From positions 2,568-66,567 of the forward strand of contig CALUQZ010000005.1 in assembly GCA_944323055.1 (NCBI GenBank): 64,000 bases of DNA. The letters run 5' to 3'. A program made the position numbers and the translations under genes. Shown one piece after another: positions 47,535 through 58,109 of the stretch. Positions within the stretch are counted from its first letter, which is position 1. The number at the start of each line of letters is the position of its first letter. The notes under the pieces are model-generated. The model did not search any database and had not been told where the DNA came from. It saw nothing but the letters and a program-made list of their open reading frames with translations. Source of the stretch: an uncultured Acholeplasmatales bacterium (GTDB taxonomy: Bacteria > Bacillota_I > Bacilli_A > Acholeplasmatales > Anaeroplasmataceae).

Positions 47535-48072
47535 CTGATACCTCGTAATTGTTAAATTTAGTTTTTGCTTTTTTATTAAATAAAATAGTTAAATTCTTAA
47601 TTAATTTTTCTAAAAGACGATTCATTTTAGTTATTAAAGCTTCTGTATCTTTATTTATAGGGTCTACTAAACATGAATTAAAATTCATTCTATTTGAGCC
47701 AAATATATCAGTTAATAATTGATCTCCCACAAATAAAACAGTCTCTTTATCTTTAATATTCATTAAATCTAAAGCTCTAATAAATCCTGATTTAAAAGGC
47801 TTTTTAGCAAATTTAACATATAAAATATCATATGCTTTAGCAAACCTTTCTACTCTTTCTTTTTTAGAGTTAGATACTATCATTATTTTAAAATCTTTTT
47901 GTAATTGTTCCTTTAGTTTAAATAAATCATTATTTGGTAAAGCTTCATGATAAGGGATTAGGGTGTTATCTAAATCAAACATTATAACCTTAATCCCTTG
48001 TTCTTTTAATTTTAAATAATCAATTTCATAAATTGATTTATAGTGGTATTTAGGAATAAATTTTTTAAACAT
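47527..48072 (-). CDS. yqeG: YqeG family HAD phosphatase
   Basis: 181 aa with DLDNTL and VGDQLLTD motifs. yqeG-yqeH synteny. Confidence 0.85.
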   Translation of the reverse strand: MFKKFIPKYHYKSIYEIDYLKLKEQGIKVIMFDLDNTLIPYHEALPNNDLFKLKEQLQKDFKIMIVSNSKKERVERFAKAYDILYVKFAKKPFKSGFIRALDLMNIKDKETVLFVGDQLLTDIFGSNRMNFNSCLVDPINKDTEALITKMNRLLEKLIKNLTILFNKKAKTKFNNYEVSDD

Positions 48073-48074
48073 AT

Positions 48075-48099
48075 TAAGAAAAAAACAGGAAAGCCTGTT
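48075..48099 (-). terminator. Terminator after greA
   Basis: Minus strand AACAGG-CTTT-CCTGTT followed by T7. Overlaps the greA stop and lies only a few nt from the yqeG start. Confidence 0.55.
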
Positions 48100-48568
48100 A
48101 TTGTAATATCTCTAAAATTTTTACTTCTTGGTTTTTACCAGATTCTGTTGTAAAGTTAATAACTTCATCTTTTCTTTTACCAATTATTGCTTTACCTAAT
48201 GGTGAAGTATTTGAAATTTTACCATTAAATGGATCAGCTTCAATAGTACCTACTACATCATATGTAAATTCTTTATTTAATTTTGTATATAAAATACGTA
48301 CTTTTTTACCTATTGAAACTATGTCAGTCGCATCACTAGAAATTAAAACATAATTCTTTAAAATCCCTTCAATTTCGGCAATACGTCCTTCAATTCTTCT
48401 TTGTTCTTCCCTAGCTGCATCATAATCAGCATTTTCAGATAAATCACCTTGTGCTCTTGCTTCTTTAATAGCTTCTATATTAGCAGGGCGGTCTACTGAT
48501 TTTAAATGTTCTAGTTCATCGACAAGATCCTTATGGCCTTGTACGGTTAATTCAAATTTTTGTTCCAT
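48098..48568 (-). CDS. greA: Transcription elongation factor GreA
   Basis: 156 aa with GDLSENADYDAAREEQ motif. Confidence 0.96.
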   Translation of the reverse strand: MEQKFELTVQGHKDLVDELEHLKSVDRPANIEAIKEARAQGDLSENADYDAAREEQRRIEGRIAEIEGILKNYVLISSDATDIVSIGKKVRILYTKLNKEFTYDVVGTIEADPFNGKISNTSPLGKAIIGKRKDEVINFTTESGKNQEVKILEILQ

Positions 48569-48635
48569 AAATTATCATCCTCTATTTTCTTTAAAATACT
48601 TTTATTATTATACATTTTTTTATTAATTTTGTAAA

Positions 48636-49343
48636 TTATAAGTAATCTATATCTCTTATCTCATTAGCTAATTTTTTCATATTATTTTTATTTTCTAAAT
48701 ATAATGGATCTATATTTAGTAATAAATTATAAAAATTACTACTATGATTTAAATAAAAATGATGAGCAACTTCATGACAAAAGATATGATATAATGCTTC
48801 CTCATCATATTTAGCTAACATCGTTGAAAGTTTAATAGAATAATCTTTTTTTAAATATTCAGCATAAAAAGATTTATAATAACTACAATTTTTATTTAAA
48901 CTAATTGTAGCTTCTTTTAAACCATAAGCTTTTTCAACTTCTTTTAATATAGCTAGTAATGGCTTAGCTAGCAATTCTTTTTTATACATATCTTTAATTA
49001 TATTATTAATATTATTTTCATTTTTATAATATATTATAATTTCATTATTATGAATAAAATAATTGTCATTTAAACTCTTAATTAAAACTAAATTATATAA
49101 TTTACCCCATAAATGCAAAGCTAGTGTTTTTTTAACATCACAATACTTATCTATATATTTTTTATATTGATTTATGTAATCTAACAAAGCACTATCTGTT
49201 ATTTTAACCGGACTAGATATATAAAATTCATTTGGTTTAAAACGGAAATTAATTCTTTTTAAAGTAGGATTTACAATAATAACTACTCGGTAATTTTTAT
49301 CTTTTATATTATATATTGTCTTAGTTATTTTAACTTTCTTCAT
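48636..49343 (-). CDS. YgjP/DUF45 (SprT-like, M48-related) metal-dependent hydrolase
   Basis: 235 aa with HEXXH motif (CHEVAHHF) followed by NHSSNFYNLL. Confidence 0.75.
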   Translation of the reverse strand: MKKVKITKTIYNIKDKNYRVVIIVNPTLKRINFRFKPNEFYISSPVKITDSALLDYINQYKKYIDKYCDVKKTLALHLWGKLYNLVLIKSLNDNYFIHNNEIIIYYKNENNINNIIKDMYKKELLAKPLLAILKEVEKAYGLKEATISLNKNCSYYKSFYAEYLKKDYSIKLSTMLAKYDEEALYHIFCHEVAHHFYLNHSSNFYNLLLNIDPLYLENKNNMKKLANEIRDIDYL

Positions 49344-50529
49344 AAGACCTCAACATATCATAAGGTTCAAGTACAATATCTGATGTAAAATATAATTTTT
49401 GTTTCGGATGTCTAGCAACTTCTATTGCTTCACCATCTTCTGTATATAAATCTAAAATTCTTAAAGTAAATGATTTTGTAGGTGTAAATACTTCAACTAA
49501 ATCACCAACTTTAAAATAATTTCTTTGTTCAATATGACATCTTTTATTTTCTCTATCATATTCTAATACAATACCAATAAAATTCTTAGTTGGAACTGAC
49601 AAATTTAGATCATATAACTGTTCATTAATTGTTACATCATGTTCATAAAAACCAGTACCTAAAAGTCTATTTTCCGCTTTTTTTAGCATATCATAGTACT
49701 TATTATAATCTGCGATATAGCCATTTTTATAATATTCATCTATTAACTGCCTATAAGTGTTAGTAACAGAAGCTACATAATGAATACTTTTCATTCGACC
49801 TTCAATTTTTAAAGAATCTATTTTATTATCAATTAAAGAAGGGATAAACTTTAATGCTTCTAAATCTTTAGCTGAAAATGAAAAATAATCACCTGCTTGA
49901 TTTACTTTTTGCCCATTAGCATATAAATTGTAGTTCCAACGACAACTATGAGCACATCCACCACGGTTAGCATCTCTATTAGTCATATTATTTGATAACA
50001 TACATCTACCACTTAAACTTGAACACATTCCTCCGTGAATAAAAGCTTCAATTTCTAAATTAGAATTCTTTTTAATAGCTATTATTTCAGATAAATTGAG
50101 TTCTCGACCTAAGACAACTCTAGTAGCCTTTAATTTTTCAAATAATTTGACTCCTTCCGTATTTAAAGTACTTAATTGCGTAGACATATGTACTTCTAAA
50201 TTTGTATTTTCTTTAGCTAGTTTTAGCATATATAAAGAACTTGTTATAATAGCATCAACATTAGCTGCCTCTAAAGCTTTTAAATAAGCTAGTAAACCAT
50301 CTAAATCAATATTATGCATAACAATATTACAAGTCACATGGACTTTAGCATTATGCTTATGAGCAAAATCAGTAGCTTCTTTGATATCAGCTAATGTAAA
50401 ATTAGAGGCTCGTGAACGTAAAGAAAATTCTTCACCACCAATAAAAACAGCATCTGCACCATATAAGATAGCAATCTTTAATTTTTCAAGATCTCCTGCT
50501 GGGGCTAATAATTCAATTTTTCGCATCAA
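49330..50529 (-). CDS. Peptidase U32 family protein (YrrO/TrhP-like)
   Basis: 399 aa with ELLAPAG start motif and E..IHGGMC..SGRC. Confidence 0.85.
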   Translation of the reverse strand: MMRKIELLAPAGDLEKLKIAILYGADAVFIGGEEFSLRSRASNFTLADIKEATDFAHKHNAKVHVTCNIVMHNIDLDGLLAYLKALEAANVDAIITSSLYMLKLAKENTNLEVHMSTQLSTLNTEGVKLFEKLKATRVVLGRELNLSEIIAIKKNSNLEIEAFIHGGMCSSLSGRCMLSNNMTNRDANRGGCAHSCRWNYNLYANGQKVNQAGDYFSFSAKDLEALKFIPSLIDNKIDSLKIEGRMKSIHYVASVTNTYRQLIDEYYKNGYIADYNKYYDMLKKAENRLLGTGFYEHDVTINEQLYDLNLSVPTKNFIGIVLEYDRENKRCHIEQRNYFKVGDLVEVFTPTKSFTLRILDLYTEDGEAIEVARHPKQKLYFTSDIVLEPYDMLRSYEES

Positions 50530-51373
50530 TAATAGCCTCCTTCAAATAAATTGTGTCTTCATAAGTAAAGCCTAATTCTATCTTAAAATCTAGTTTATTT
50601 AATTCTTCTTTATAAATTTCTAAGGTAATTTCTTCATTAAAGTATGCATATGCTAGTTTTACTAAAGGTAAATATTTAATGAATTCAATAGTTACAGCAT
50701 CTATTAATAAATATTTAATATTCCTATTACCTTTAATTAATGGCATATTATCTAAATAATATGGTCTATAAATAAAAGTACCTTTATCTTCAAATATTGG
50801 TAAAATGTCTACTCTTTTTTCTTCTATTAAAGTTAAATTATCATGAATATCAAAACTAAGGTGGGCTTTTTCTTTATATAAAGAAACTAAATTCCTTTTT
50901 GAATTAAACATAAGCCTTCTTGTAAAACCAGGATAGAATAATGGTACCTGGAATTTTAAAATATCTTTATAAGGTATTTCTAAACTTGGGGCTATAGCAT
51001 TTAATCCTAAATCATAATATGTTTTAGCATCTAAATAATTAGTAAGCATCGTAAAAGGATCATAAATAACTCTATTAGCTAGTTTTAAATCAATTAAGTA
51101 ATTTAATAAGCCTTGGTCAGTTATATAATATAAAATATCTAATTCTTTTAAATTATCAATTAATTCTTGATATTTAACAATTTCTCTTTCTCTTACTAGC
51201 ATATCTAGCCTAAGAATTAATTTAATATTTTCATTAGCTAGTTGTCTAAATTCAGCAAGCGATAAAGGATTTAAAAAATTAGGAATATAATCTTTTATAC
51301 CCACTAAAAAATAAGAACTATAAGGGGCTAATAAACGTGCCTCTTCAATGTTACTAGGGCATGTTACAAGCAT
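50513..51373 (-). CDS. Peptidase U32 family protein (YrrN/TrhP-like partner)
   Basis: 286 aa. Paired with and overlapping the larger U32 gene, as for B. subtilis yrrN-yrrO. Confidence 0.7.
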   Translation of the reverse strand: MLVTCPSNIEEARLLAPYSSYFLVGIKDYIPNFLNPLSLAEFRQLANENIKLILRLDMLVREREIVKYQELIDNLKELDILYYITDQGLLNYLIDLKLANRVIYDPFTMLTNYLDAKTYYDLGLNAIAPSLEIPYKDILKFQVPLFYPGFTRRLMFNSKRNLVSLYKEKAHLSFDIHDNLTLIEEKRVDILPIFEDKGTFIYRPYYLDNMPLIKGNRNIKYLLIDAVTIEFIKYLPLVKLAYAYFNEEITLEIYKEELNKLDFKIELGFTYEDTIYLKEAIIDAKN

Positions 51374-52797
51374 TAATATCTAAACCTTCCTTTATTTTTT
51401 CCTTTACCTTTTTTTACTTTAGAACTTGGGTTAGCTAAAGAAGACATATTACCATTAGCAACCTGACTTGACATTTTCTTTTTATCGGCATCTGACATAT
51501 TATTAAACTTTTTCATTGCATCACGCATTTGCGATAAACTATTACGTAAACCATTTACTTCTTGAATCGTACGTCCTGAACCTTTAGCAATTCTTTCTCT
51601 TCTTTTAGCACTATCTTCAATTAATTTAGGATTTCTTCTTTCTTTTTCAGTCATTGAAGATATAATAGCTTCCATATAAACGAAAGCTTTATCATCAACT
51701 TGATTGATAGCTTGTTTTATTTTTCCTAAACCAGGTAAAAAGCCTAAAATTTTTGATAAAGAACCCATTCTTTTTATCATTTTAAATTGTTTTAATAAAT
51801 CATTATAATTATATGAGCCTTTGATCATTTTATCGGCCATTTCTTCCATTTCATCTTCATCAATATTTTCTTTTACACTATCGATTAAAGATAAAACATC
51901 GCCCATACCTAATATTCTTTCAGCAATACGATCCGGATAAAAAATTTCTAATTCATCAAGTTTTTCACCTGTTGACATGAGCTTAATCGGAAGGCCTGTC
52001 ATCTCTTTTAATGATAGAGCCGCACCACCTCTAGCATCACCATCTAATTTAGTTAAAATGATACCTGAAACACCGACTTTTTCATTAAAAACTAACCCGA
52101 CATTGCAGGCATCTTGACCTGACATAGCATCAACAGTAAGTAAGATTTCATGTGGTTTAGCTATCTCTTTGATATCTTTTAATTCATCCATAAGCTCATC
52201 ATTTATTTGTAAACGACCTGCTGTATCGATAATTACGACATCAGCTCCCGCTTTTATAGCTTCCTTAATACCATTTTTAGCTATTTTTCTAGGATCTTGT
52301 TTTACACCTTCCTCATAAACTTCTACCCCAATCTGTTTACCTAAAGTAACTAATTGATTGATAGCTGCCGGTCTATAAACATCACAAGCGATTAAATAAG
52401 GTGTCTTTTTAAGTTTTTTACGCAAATAAAGACTTATCTTTCCACAAGCCGTTGTTTTACCTGTACCTTGTAAACCAACTAACATAATGACCGTAAGTCC
52501 ATTTTTATTTAAATTTAATTCACTTTGTTCGCTTCCTAAAATGGTTTTTAATTCTTCCCTTACTATATCAACAACCATTTGCCCAGGATTTAAACCTTCA
52601 AGAATTTTAGCTCCTAAAGCTTTTTCTTTAACATCAGCTAAAAATTTTCTAACAACTTTAAAATTAACATCAGCTTCAAGCAATGATAGCCTTACTTCTC
52701 TTAACATATCATCAATGTCAGATTCTTGTAGTTTACCTCGCCCTGTTATTTTTTTCATTGCTTTTTGTAATCTTTCGCTTAAAGAATCAAAAGCCAT
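51373..52797 (-). CDS. ffh: Signal recognition particle protein
   Basis: 474 aa with GLQGTGKTT, DTAGR, TKLDGD and a Met-rich M domain. Confidence 0.97.
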   Translation of the reverse strand: MAFDSLSERLQKAMKKITGRGKLQESDIDDMLREVRLSLLEADVNFKVVRKFLADVKEKALGAKILEGLNPGQMVVDIVREELKTILGSEQSELNLNKNGLTVIMLVGLQGTGKTTACGKISLYLRKKLKKTPYLIACDVYRPAAINQLVTLGKQIGVEVYEEGVKQDPRKIAKNGIKEAIKAGADVVIIDTAGRLQINDELMDELKDIKEIAKPHEILLTVDAMSGQDACNVGLVFNEKVGVSGIILTKLDGDARGGAALSLKEMTGLPIKLMSTGEKLDELEIFYPDRIAERILGMGDVLSLIDSVKENIDEDEMEEMADKMIKGSYNYNDLLKQFKMIKRMGSLSKILGFLPGLGKIKQAINQVDDKAFVYMEAIISSMTEKERRNPKLIEDSAKRRERIAKGSGRTIQEVNGLRNSLSQMRDAMKKFNNMSDADKKKMSSQVANGNMSSLANPSSKVKKGKGKNKGRFRY

Positions 52798-52801
52798 ACT
52801 T

Positions 52802-53098
52802 TCACTCCTTCATAATATCTAAAACTAATTCTTTATAGGAATTAGGTATATCTAAATTTTCTATTTTTTGTATTTTATAATAAATCTTTAATTTATCTTC
52901 ACATTCTAATAATTTATTTTCGGCATGCTTAATTTGATCAAAAATAGCATTACGTGATAAATTATAATTTTTAGCTATTTCAGCTAAAGATAAATCTAAA
53001 AAGTAATAATCATAAAAATAATTAGCTTGTTTAGAAGTTAATAGTTCTTTATAAATATCATATAAATCAGCTAAATATATGTTTTTTTCAATATCCAT
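52802..53098 (-). CDS. ylxM: YlxM (UPF0122) putative helix-turn-helix protein
   Basis: I prefer the start at MDIEKNIYLADLYD (53098), 1 nt after the ftsY stop. Contains LSLAEIA...SRNAI HTH. ftsY-ylxM-ffh synteny. Confidence 0.85.
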   Translation of the reverse strand: MDIEKNIYLADLYDIYKELLTSKQANYFYDYYFLDLSLAEIAKNYNLSRNAIFDQIKHAENKLLECEDKLKIYYKIQKIENLDIPNSYKELVLDIMKE

Positions 53099-53099
53099 T

Positions 53100-54065
53100 T
53101 TATTCCTCAAAGAAATCAGCAAATAAACCATATAAGTATTGTTCAATATCAAACACCATTAAATCATCTAATTGTTCACCTAAACCGATAAATTTAATAG
53201 GAATACCTAATTCATGTCTAATAGCTAAAACAATACCACCTTTGCTTGTACCATCTAATTTAGTTAAAATAATGCCTGTAACATCTGTAACCTCTTTAAA
53301 AGCTTTAGCTTGCAACATACCATTTTGACCTGTTGTAGCATCAATAACAAGCAGTGTTTCACATAAAGCATCAGGAGCTTTTTTATCAATAACTCGCTTC
53401 ATTTTAGCTAGTTCTTGCATTAAATTTACTTTATTTTGTAAACGCCCAGCTGTATCACATAATAAAATATCATAATTTTCATTTAAAGCTTTATCGCAAG
53501 CTTCATACATTACAGAAGACGGATCAGAATGAGCTTCCTTAGTGACAATATCAATTCCAATTCGTTTTGACCATTCTACTAATTGTTCAACAGCCCCAGC
53601 TCTAAAAGTATCACCTGCAGCTAGTAAAACTTTTTTGCCTTCTTTTTTAAGTTTATACGCAATTTTAGCAATTGATGTCGTTTTACCAACTCCATTTACG
53701 CCTACAAATAAGATTACTGATAAACCTTCTTTATTTAATTTTAAATTGGCATTTACTATTTCATTATTAGTATATAATTCAAACATCTTATCGATGATTA
53801 ATTCTTCTAAAACTTTAACATCTGTTATCTTTTTATGATTTACTTCATCTCTTAAAGATGAAACAAAATCTAAAACAGTATCAACCCCAATATCAGCAGC
53901 TATAAAGACTTCTTCTAAAGAATCAAACAATAAATCATCTATTTTATTTCTTTTTTCAACAATTTCTTTTATATTTTTTAAAGCGCCTTCTCTTGTTTTA
54001 TGAAGACCCATTTTATATTTTTTTGATTTTTCTTTATCCTTTTTAAAAAAACTAAAAAAACCCAT
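53100..54065 (-). CDS. ftsY: Signal recognition particle receptor FtsY
   Basis: GVNGVGKTT, DTAGR and TKLDGT motifs. I prefer the start at MGFFSFFKK (54065). Confidence 0.95.
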   Translation of the reverse strand: MGFFSFFKKDKEKSKKYKMGLHKTREGALKNIKEIVEKRNKIDDLLFDSLEEVFIAADIGVDTVLDFVSSLRDEVNHKKITDVKVLEELIIDKMFELYTNNEIVNANLKLNKEGLSVILFVGVNGVGKTTSIAKIAYKLKKEGKKVLLAAGDTFRAGAVEQLVEWSKRIGIDIVTKEAHSDPSSVMYEACDKALNENYDILLCDTAGRLQNKVNLMQELAKMKRVIDKKAPDALCETLLVIDATTGQNGMLQAKAFKEVTDVTGIILTKLDGTSKGGIVLAIRHELGIPIKFIGLGEQLDDLMVFDIEQYLYGLFADFFEE

Positions 54066-54115
54066 AAAGTCCACTCCAATCAATAAGAAATTATACCAAA
54101 TTTGTAGCTATTTAA

Positions 54116-54145
54116 CAAGAAAAGGATTAGTATTTATACTAATCC
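54116..54145 (-). terminator. Terminator after topA
   Basis: Minus strand GGATTAGTA-TAAA-TACTAATCC followed by TTTTC. Confidence 0.55.
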
Positions 54146-54227
54146 GCATTCAAATCATATTAACTTACTTTTACATTCTATTATCTAAAATAGCAATTTA
54201 CCCTAAATAACTTGTTTATCATACATG

Positions 54228-56549
54228 TTATTCTTTACTATTTTCACACTCTTTATTAGAACAAATGTGTTTTCCATCTTTATTTAACATTATAGAATGA
54301 CATAAAGGACAATATTCATTTAAAGGTTCATAATTATAGATTGTTTTACACTTAGGGAAATTATCACAAGCATAAAATACTTTACCTTTATTAAACCCTC
54401 TAGTAGCAGTTCTTTTAACCAAATGACCCTTTTTACAAACAGGACATAGTACTGCTTCATAATCATCTTTAGGCTTATCACAATGATTGGAACAATATAG
54501 ATTGCCATCTTTATCTTTTAACATTAAAGATCCACAATTTGGACATATATTATCAGTTGGTAAATCGTTAAAAGCAGTTTTACACTTTGGAAAGTTTGAA
54601 CAAGCGTAAAATACTTTACCTTTATTCTTTCCGATACCAGCTATTTTTTTAACTAAATGACCTTCATGACAATTAGGGCAAATTATACCTGTATCATAAT
54701 CTTCATCTTCTTTAATATATTTACAAGTTGGATAATTAGAGCAGGCTACAAATTTACCATATTTACCATTTCTAACGACTAAGTCAGAACCACATATCGG
54801 ACATTTTTCACCCGTTTTCTCTGGTTCTTTTTTTATCATATTTAAAGAAGCTTCTTCAAAAACGGTACTAAAATCATTATAGAAATTTTCTAATTCTTGT
54901 AATTCTTGTTTATCACCTTTAGCAATCAAATCAAGGTCAGCTTCCATATTAGCTGTATATGTCACATTAAAAATTGACGGAAAATATTTATCTAAATTCT
55001 CACTAGTTAACATACCTTGTTCTGTCGGATACAACTTTTTATCTTTTATTTCTACATAATTTCTTTTAGTTAATGTTTGCATGGTTGTAGCATAAGTTGA
55101 TGGTCTACCTATACCTTTTTCTTCCATATCCTTAATTAATGTAGCTTCTGTATATCTAGCTTTAGGTTTAGTTTGATTATCAATTATGTTAACTTCTTTA
55201 GCATCATATAAAACATCATATTTAAAATCTGGCAATAATTTATCTAAATTTTCTTCATCTAAAGTACTTAATATTAAATAGCCATTAAATTCTAATTTTT
55301 GGCCTGTAATATCCCATGTTGAATTAGTATTATTAAAAATAGCTTTTAGATTAGTAAAAATTGCAGGTGACATTAGACTTGCTAAAGCTCTATTATAAAT
55401 TAATTTATATAAACGATATTCATCTAGAGTAAGATTATTTTTAATTGAATCAGGAATATAATTAACATAAGTAGGTCTAATAGCTTCATGAGCATTTTGC
55501 GCTAAAATTTGTTCTTTTTCTTTTCTTTTACCTAAATAATTATCTCCATAATTACTAACAATAAATTTAGAGGCCTCATTAACAAACAAATCTGATAAAT
55601 GGGTTGAATCAGTACGCATATAAGTAATTAACCCGACTAAATTATTGTTAATATTTATACCTTCATATAATCTTTGGGCTATAGACATTGTTTTAGCTGA
55701 TGAAAAACCTAGCTTATTAGCCGCTTCTTGTTGTAAAGTAGAGGTAGTAAATGGTGGTTTTGATTCTCTTTTAGTTTTTCTTTCATTAATACTAGCTAAA
55801 GTAAATGATTTTAATTGAGGTAACAAATCTTCTAAAATTTTTCTATCTAATATACGCTTTTTACTATCATTTACACTTAATAATTTTAATTTAAAACCAT
55901 CAAAAATTGCTTCTGCCTCATAATAATTAGTAGGAATGAAACTGTTAATTTCTTTTTCTAAATCACATACTAATTTTAAAGCTACTGATTGTACACGCCC
56001 AGCTGATTTAGATTTAATTCGTGATTGCAATAATTTAGAAACCTTAAATCCAATAATTCTATCTAAAATACGTCTTGTCTCTTGACTTGCTACTAAATTA
56101 AGATCAATTTGACGTGGATTTTCAAAAGCATCTAAAACAGCTCTTTTCGTAATTTCATGAAATAATATTCTATTATTACTAGTTAAATCTAAATCTAAAA
56201 CTTTAGCTAAATGATAACTAATAGCTTCTCCTTCCCTATCAGGGTCGGTTGCTAAATAAACATTATTACCTTTACATTGTTTTTTTAAATCACTAACTAG
56301 CTTCTTTTTATCAGGGTCAATTACATAATTAGCTTTAAAACCATTTTCAATATCTACTCCTAATCCATCTTTACCAGAAGTAGCTAAATCCGTTATATGC
56401 CCTTTTGAAGATAAAACAATAAAATCATCACCTAAATAATTTTCAATAGTCTTTGATTTAGTAGGTGATTCTACAATAACTACATTTTTCAATAATCTCA
56501 ACTCTTTTCTTTTATTAAGTATACAAAACAAATTAAGTTTGTCAAGCAT
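54228..56549 (-). CDS. topA: DNA topoisomerase I with several C-terminal C4 zinc ribbons
   Basis: Toprim VVIVESPTKSKTI, active-site region LITYMRTDS and 4-5 CxxC...CxxC modules. The exact start is uncertain, because the ATG at 56549 has no SD. Confidence 0.93.
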   Translation of the reverse strand: MLDKLNLFCILNKRKELRLLKNVVIVESPTKSKTIENYLGDDFIVLSSKGHITDLATSGKDGLGVDIENGFKANYVIDPDKKKLVSDLKKQCKGNNVYLATDPDREGEAISYHLAKVLDLDLTSNNRILFHEITKRAVLDAFENPRQIDLNLVASQETRRILDRIIGFKVSKLLQSRIKSKSAGRVQSVALKLVCDLEKEINSFIPTNYYEAEAIFDGFKLKLLSVNDSKKRILDRKILEDLLPQLKSFTLASINERKTKRESKPPFTTSTLQQEAANKLGFSSAKTMSIAQRLYEGININNNLVGLITYMRTDSTHLSDLFVNEASKFIVSNYGDNYLGKRKEKEQILAQNAHEAIRPTYVNYIPDSIKNNLTLDEYRLYKLIYNRALASLMSPAIFTNLKAIFNNTNSTWDITGQKLEFNGYLILSTLDEENLDKLLPDFKYDVLYDAKEVNIIDNQTKPKARYTEATLIKDMEEKGIGRPSTYATTMQTLTKRNYVEIKDKKLYPTEQGMLTSENLDKYFPSIFNVTYTANMEADLDLIAKGDKQELQELENFYNDFSTVFEEASLNMIKKEPEKTGEKCPICGSDLVVRNGKYGKFVACSNYPTCKYIKEDEDYDTGIICPNCHEGHLVKKIAGIGKNKGKVFYACSNFPKCKTAFNDLPTDNICPNCGSLMLKDKDGNLYCSNHCDKPKDDYEAVLCPVCKKGHLVKRTATRGFNKGKVFYACDNFPKCKTIYNYEPLNEYCPLCHSIMLNKDGKHICSNKECENSKE

Positions 56550-56581
56550 TAATTATCTTATTATGACAAACAAAAAAGCGA

Positions 56582-57253
56582 TTACTCGCTTTTATTACTT
56601 TCATCAGCAAAACTAAAAGATAATTGATGAATCTTTTGAAAATATTTAGAAACTGGATAAAATGTCTTGCGATGAATAGGGCAAGGACCTTTTTCTTCTA
56701 AAGCTTTGACATGCCCTTTTGTACAATAACCCTTATGTTTGCTAAAACCATAATTTGGATATTTTAAATCCATCTTACACATATAATCATCTCTTTGAAC
56801 TTTAGCTAAAATACTAGCTGCCCCAATACTAGCCGATAAAGCATCACCATGAATTAAAGAATCATGAGCTATATTAAGTTCATTTAATGGCATCGCATCA
56901 ATTAAAGCAAAATCAGGTTTAACTTTCAATTTATTAATAGCCTCTAACATTCCCTTTTTAGTAGCCTGATAGATGTTTAATTCATCTACTTCTTCAGGTT
57001 CTATAAATATAGTTGAAATCGCTAAAGCTTTTTTTCTAATTATCTTAGCTATTTCCTCTCTTTTTTTAGGGCTAAGTTTTTTAGAATCATCAATACCTGC
57101 TATATGTTCTAAAGGTGGTAAAATAACAGCACAAACAACAAGAGGACCGGCTATTGAACCACGTCCGACTTCATCAACACCACAAATAAGTTTATAACCT
57201 CTATCATACAATTCTTCTTCTATTTCATACTTACTCATTGGGAATTCTTTCAT
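56582..57253 (-). CDS. rnhB: Ribonuclease HII
   Basis: GVDEVGRGSIAGPLV and DDSKKL motifs. Confidence 0.94.
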   Translation of the reverse strand: MKEFPMSKYEIEEELYDRGYKLICGVDEVGRGSIAGPLVVCAVILPPLEHIAGIDDSKKLSPKKREEIAKIIRKKALAISTIFIEPEEVDELNIYQATKKGMLEAINKLKVKPDFALIDAMPLNELNIAHDSLIHGDALSASIGAASILAKVQRDDYMCKMDLKYPNYGFSKHKGYCTKGHVKALEEKGPCPIHRKTFYPVSKYFQKIHQLSFSFADESNKSE

Positions 57254-58100
57254 AACTGATAGCTCCTAATTTAGCATTTTTAATATCTTGTAAAATAAGT
57301 TTATATGTTTTGTTTAAATCTAGTTCTCCACCTTTTTTTAAACATCCTCTTTTTAAACCTATCTCGTTTATTATAGTAGGAATATCTCCTAATTCATTTA
57401 ATTCATATCTTTTTAATAAAAGAGATGGATAATTTTCTTTTAAATAAGAAATACCTGCATAAACTAAGTATTCTTCTGGTAATATTTCTTCTTTAATAGC
57501 TCCGCATAAAGCTAAATTAATAGCTGTAGTTTCATCTTTTAATTTAGGATATAAAATGCCTGGAGTATCTAATATTAAATAGTCTTTATCTACTCTTAAC
57601 CATGTATTAGTATTTCTAGTAATACCTGGTTTATTTCCTACATTTAAACTACCTCTACCAGCTAATTTATTAATGAACGTAGACTTACCGACATTAGGAA
57701 TTCCTATAACTACAATCTTAATTTCTTTATTAATAATTCCTTGTTTAGCTCTTTTTTCTAAAATAGGTTTACTAGCTAGTTTAATATAGTTTTTAATTAA
57801 ACTAATATTTTTATTATTAATCATATCAACATCAAGGCATAAAGATTCTTGACTTAAATATTTAACAAATTCTTTAGTAACTTTAGGATCTGCAAATAAA
57901 GATTTAACTAAAATAATTAATTTAGGTTTGTTATTGATTAAACTTGTAAATAAAGGATTAGCTGAAGAAAGAGGGATTCTAGCATCTCTTAATTCAATTA
58001 TTAAATCAACTAACTTAATTTTACTATCTAATTCACGTTTGGCTTTAGCCATATGACCAGGGAACCAATTTATATGAACTTTTACACGATCATTTTCCAT
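57231..58100 (-). CDS. rbgA: Ribosome biogenesis GTPase A (YlqF)
   Basis: WFPGHMAKA, circularly permuted GTPase, GIPNVGKST, DTPG. Confidence 0.92.
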   Translation of the reverse strand: MENDRVKVHINWFPGHMAKAKRELDSKIKLVDLIIELRDARIPLSSANPLFTSLINNKPKLIILVKSLFADPKVTKEFVKYLSQESLCLDVDMINNKNISLIKNYIKLASKPILEKRAKQGIINKEIKIVVIGIPNVGKSTFINKLAGRGSLNVGNKPGITRNTNTWLRVDKDYLILDTPGILYPKLKDETTAINLALCGAIKEEILPEEYLVYAGISYLKENYPSLLLKRYELNELGDIPTIINEIGLKRGCLKKGGELDLNKTYKLILQDIKNAKLGAISYERIPNE

Positions 58101-58109
58101 GCTTTACCT

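Noticed and set aside
50096-50575. Plus-strand ORFs of 63 and 64 aa
   Set aside because: They are antisense to the U32 peptidase gene and are shadow ORFs.
52487-53838. Plus-strand ORFs of 111 aa (52487-52822) and 98 aa (53542-53838)
   Set aside because: They are antisense to ffh and ftsY GTPase domains. Ser/Leu/Phe-rich translations are typical of the reverse frame of conserved genes.
54320-54508. 62-aa minus-strand ORF inside topA
   Set aside because: It lies in an alternative frame within the topA zinc-ribbon region. The topA frame is clearly the conserved one.
56973-57197. 74-aa plus-strand ORF
   Set aside because: It is antisense to rnhB.
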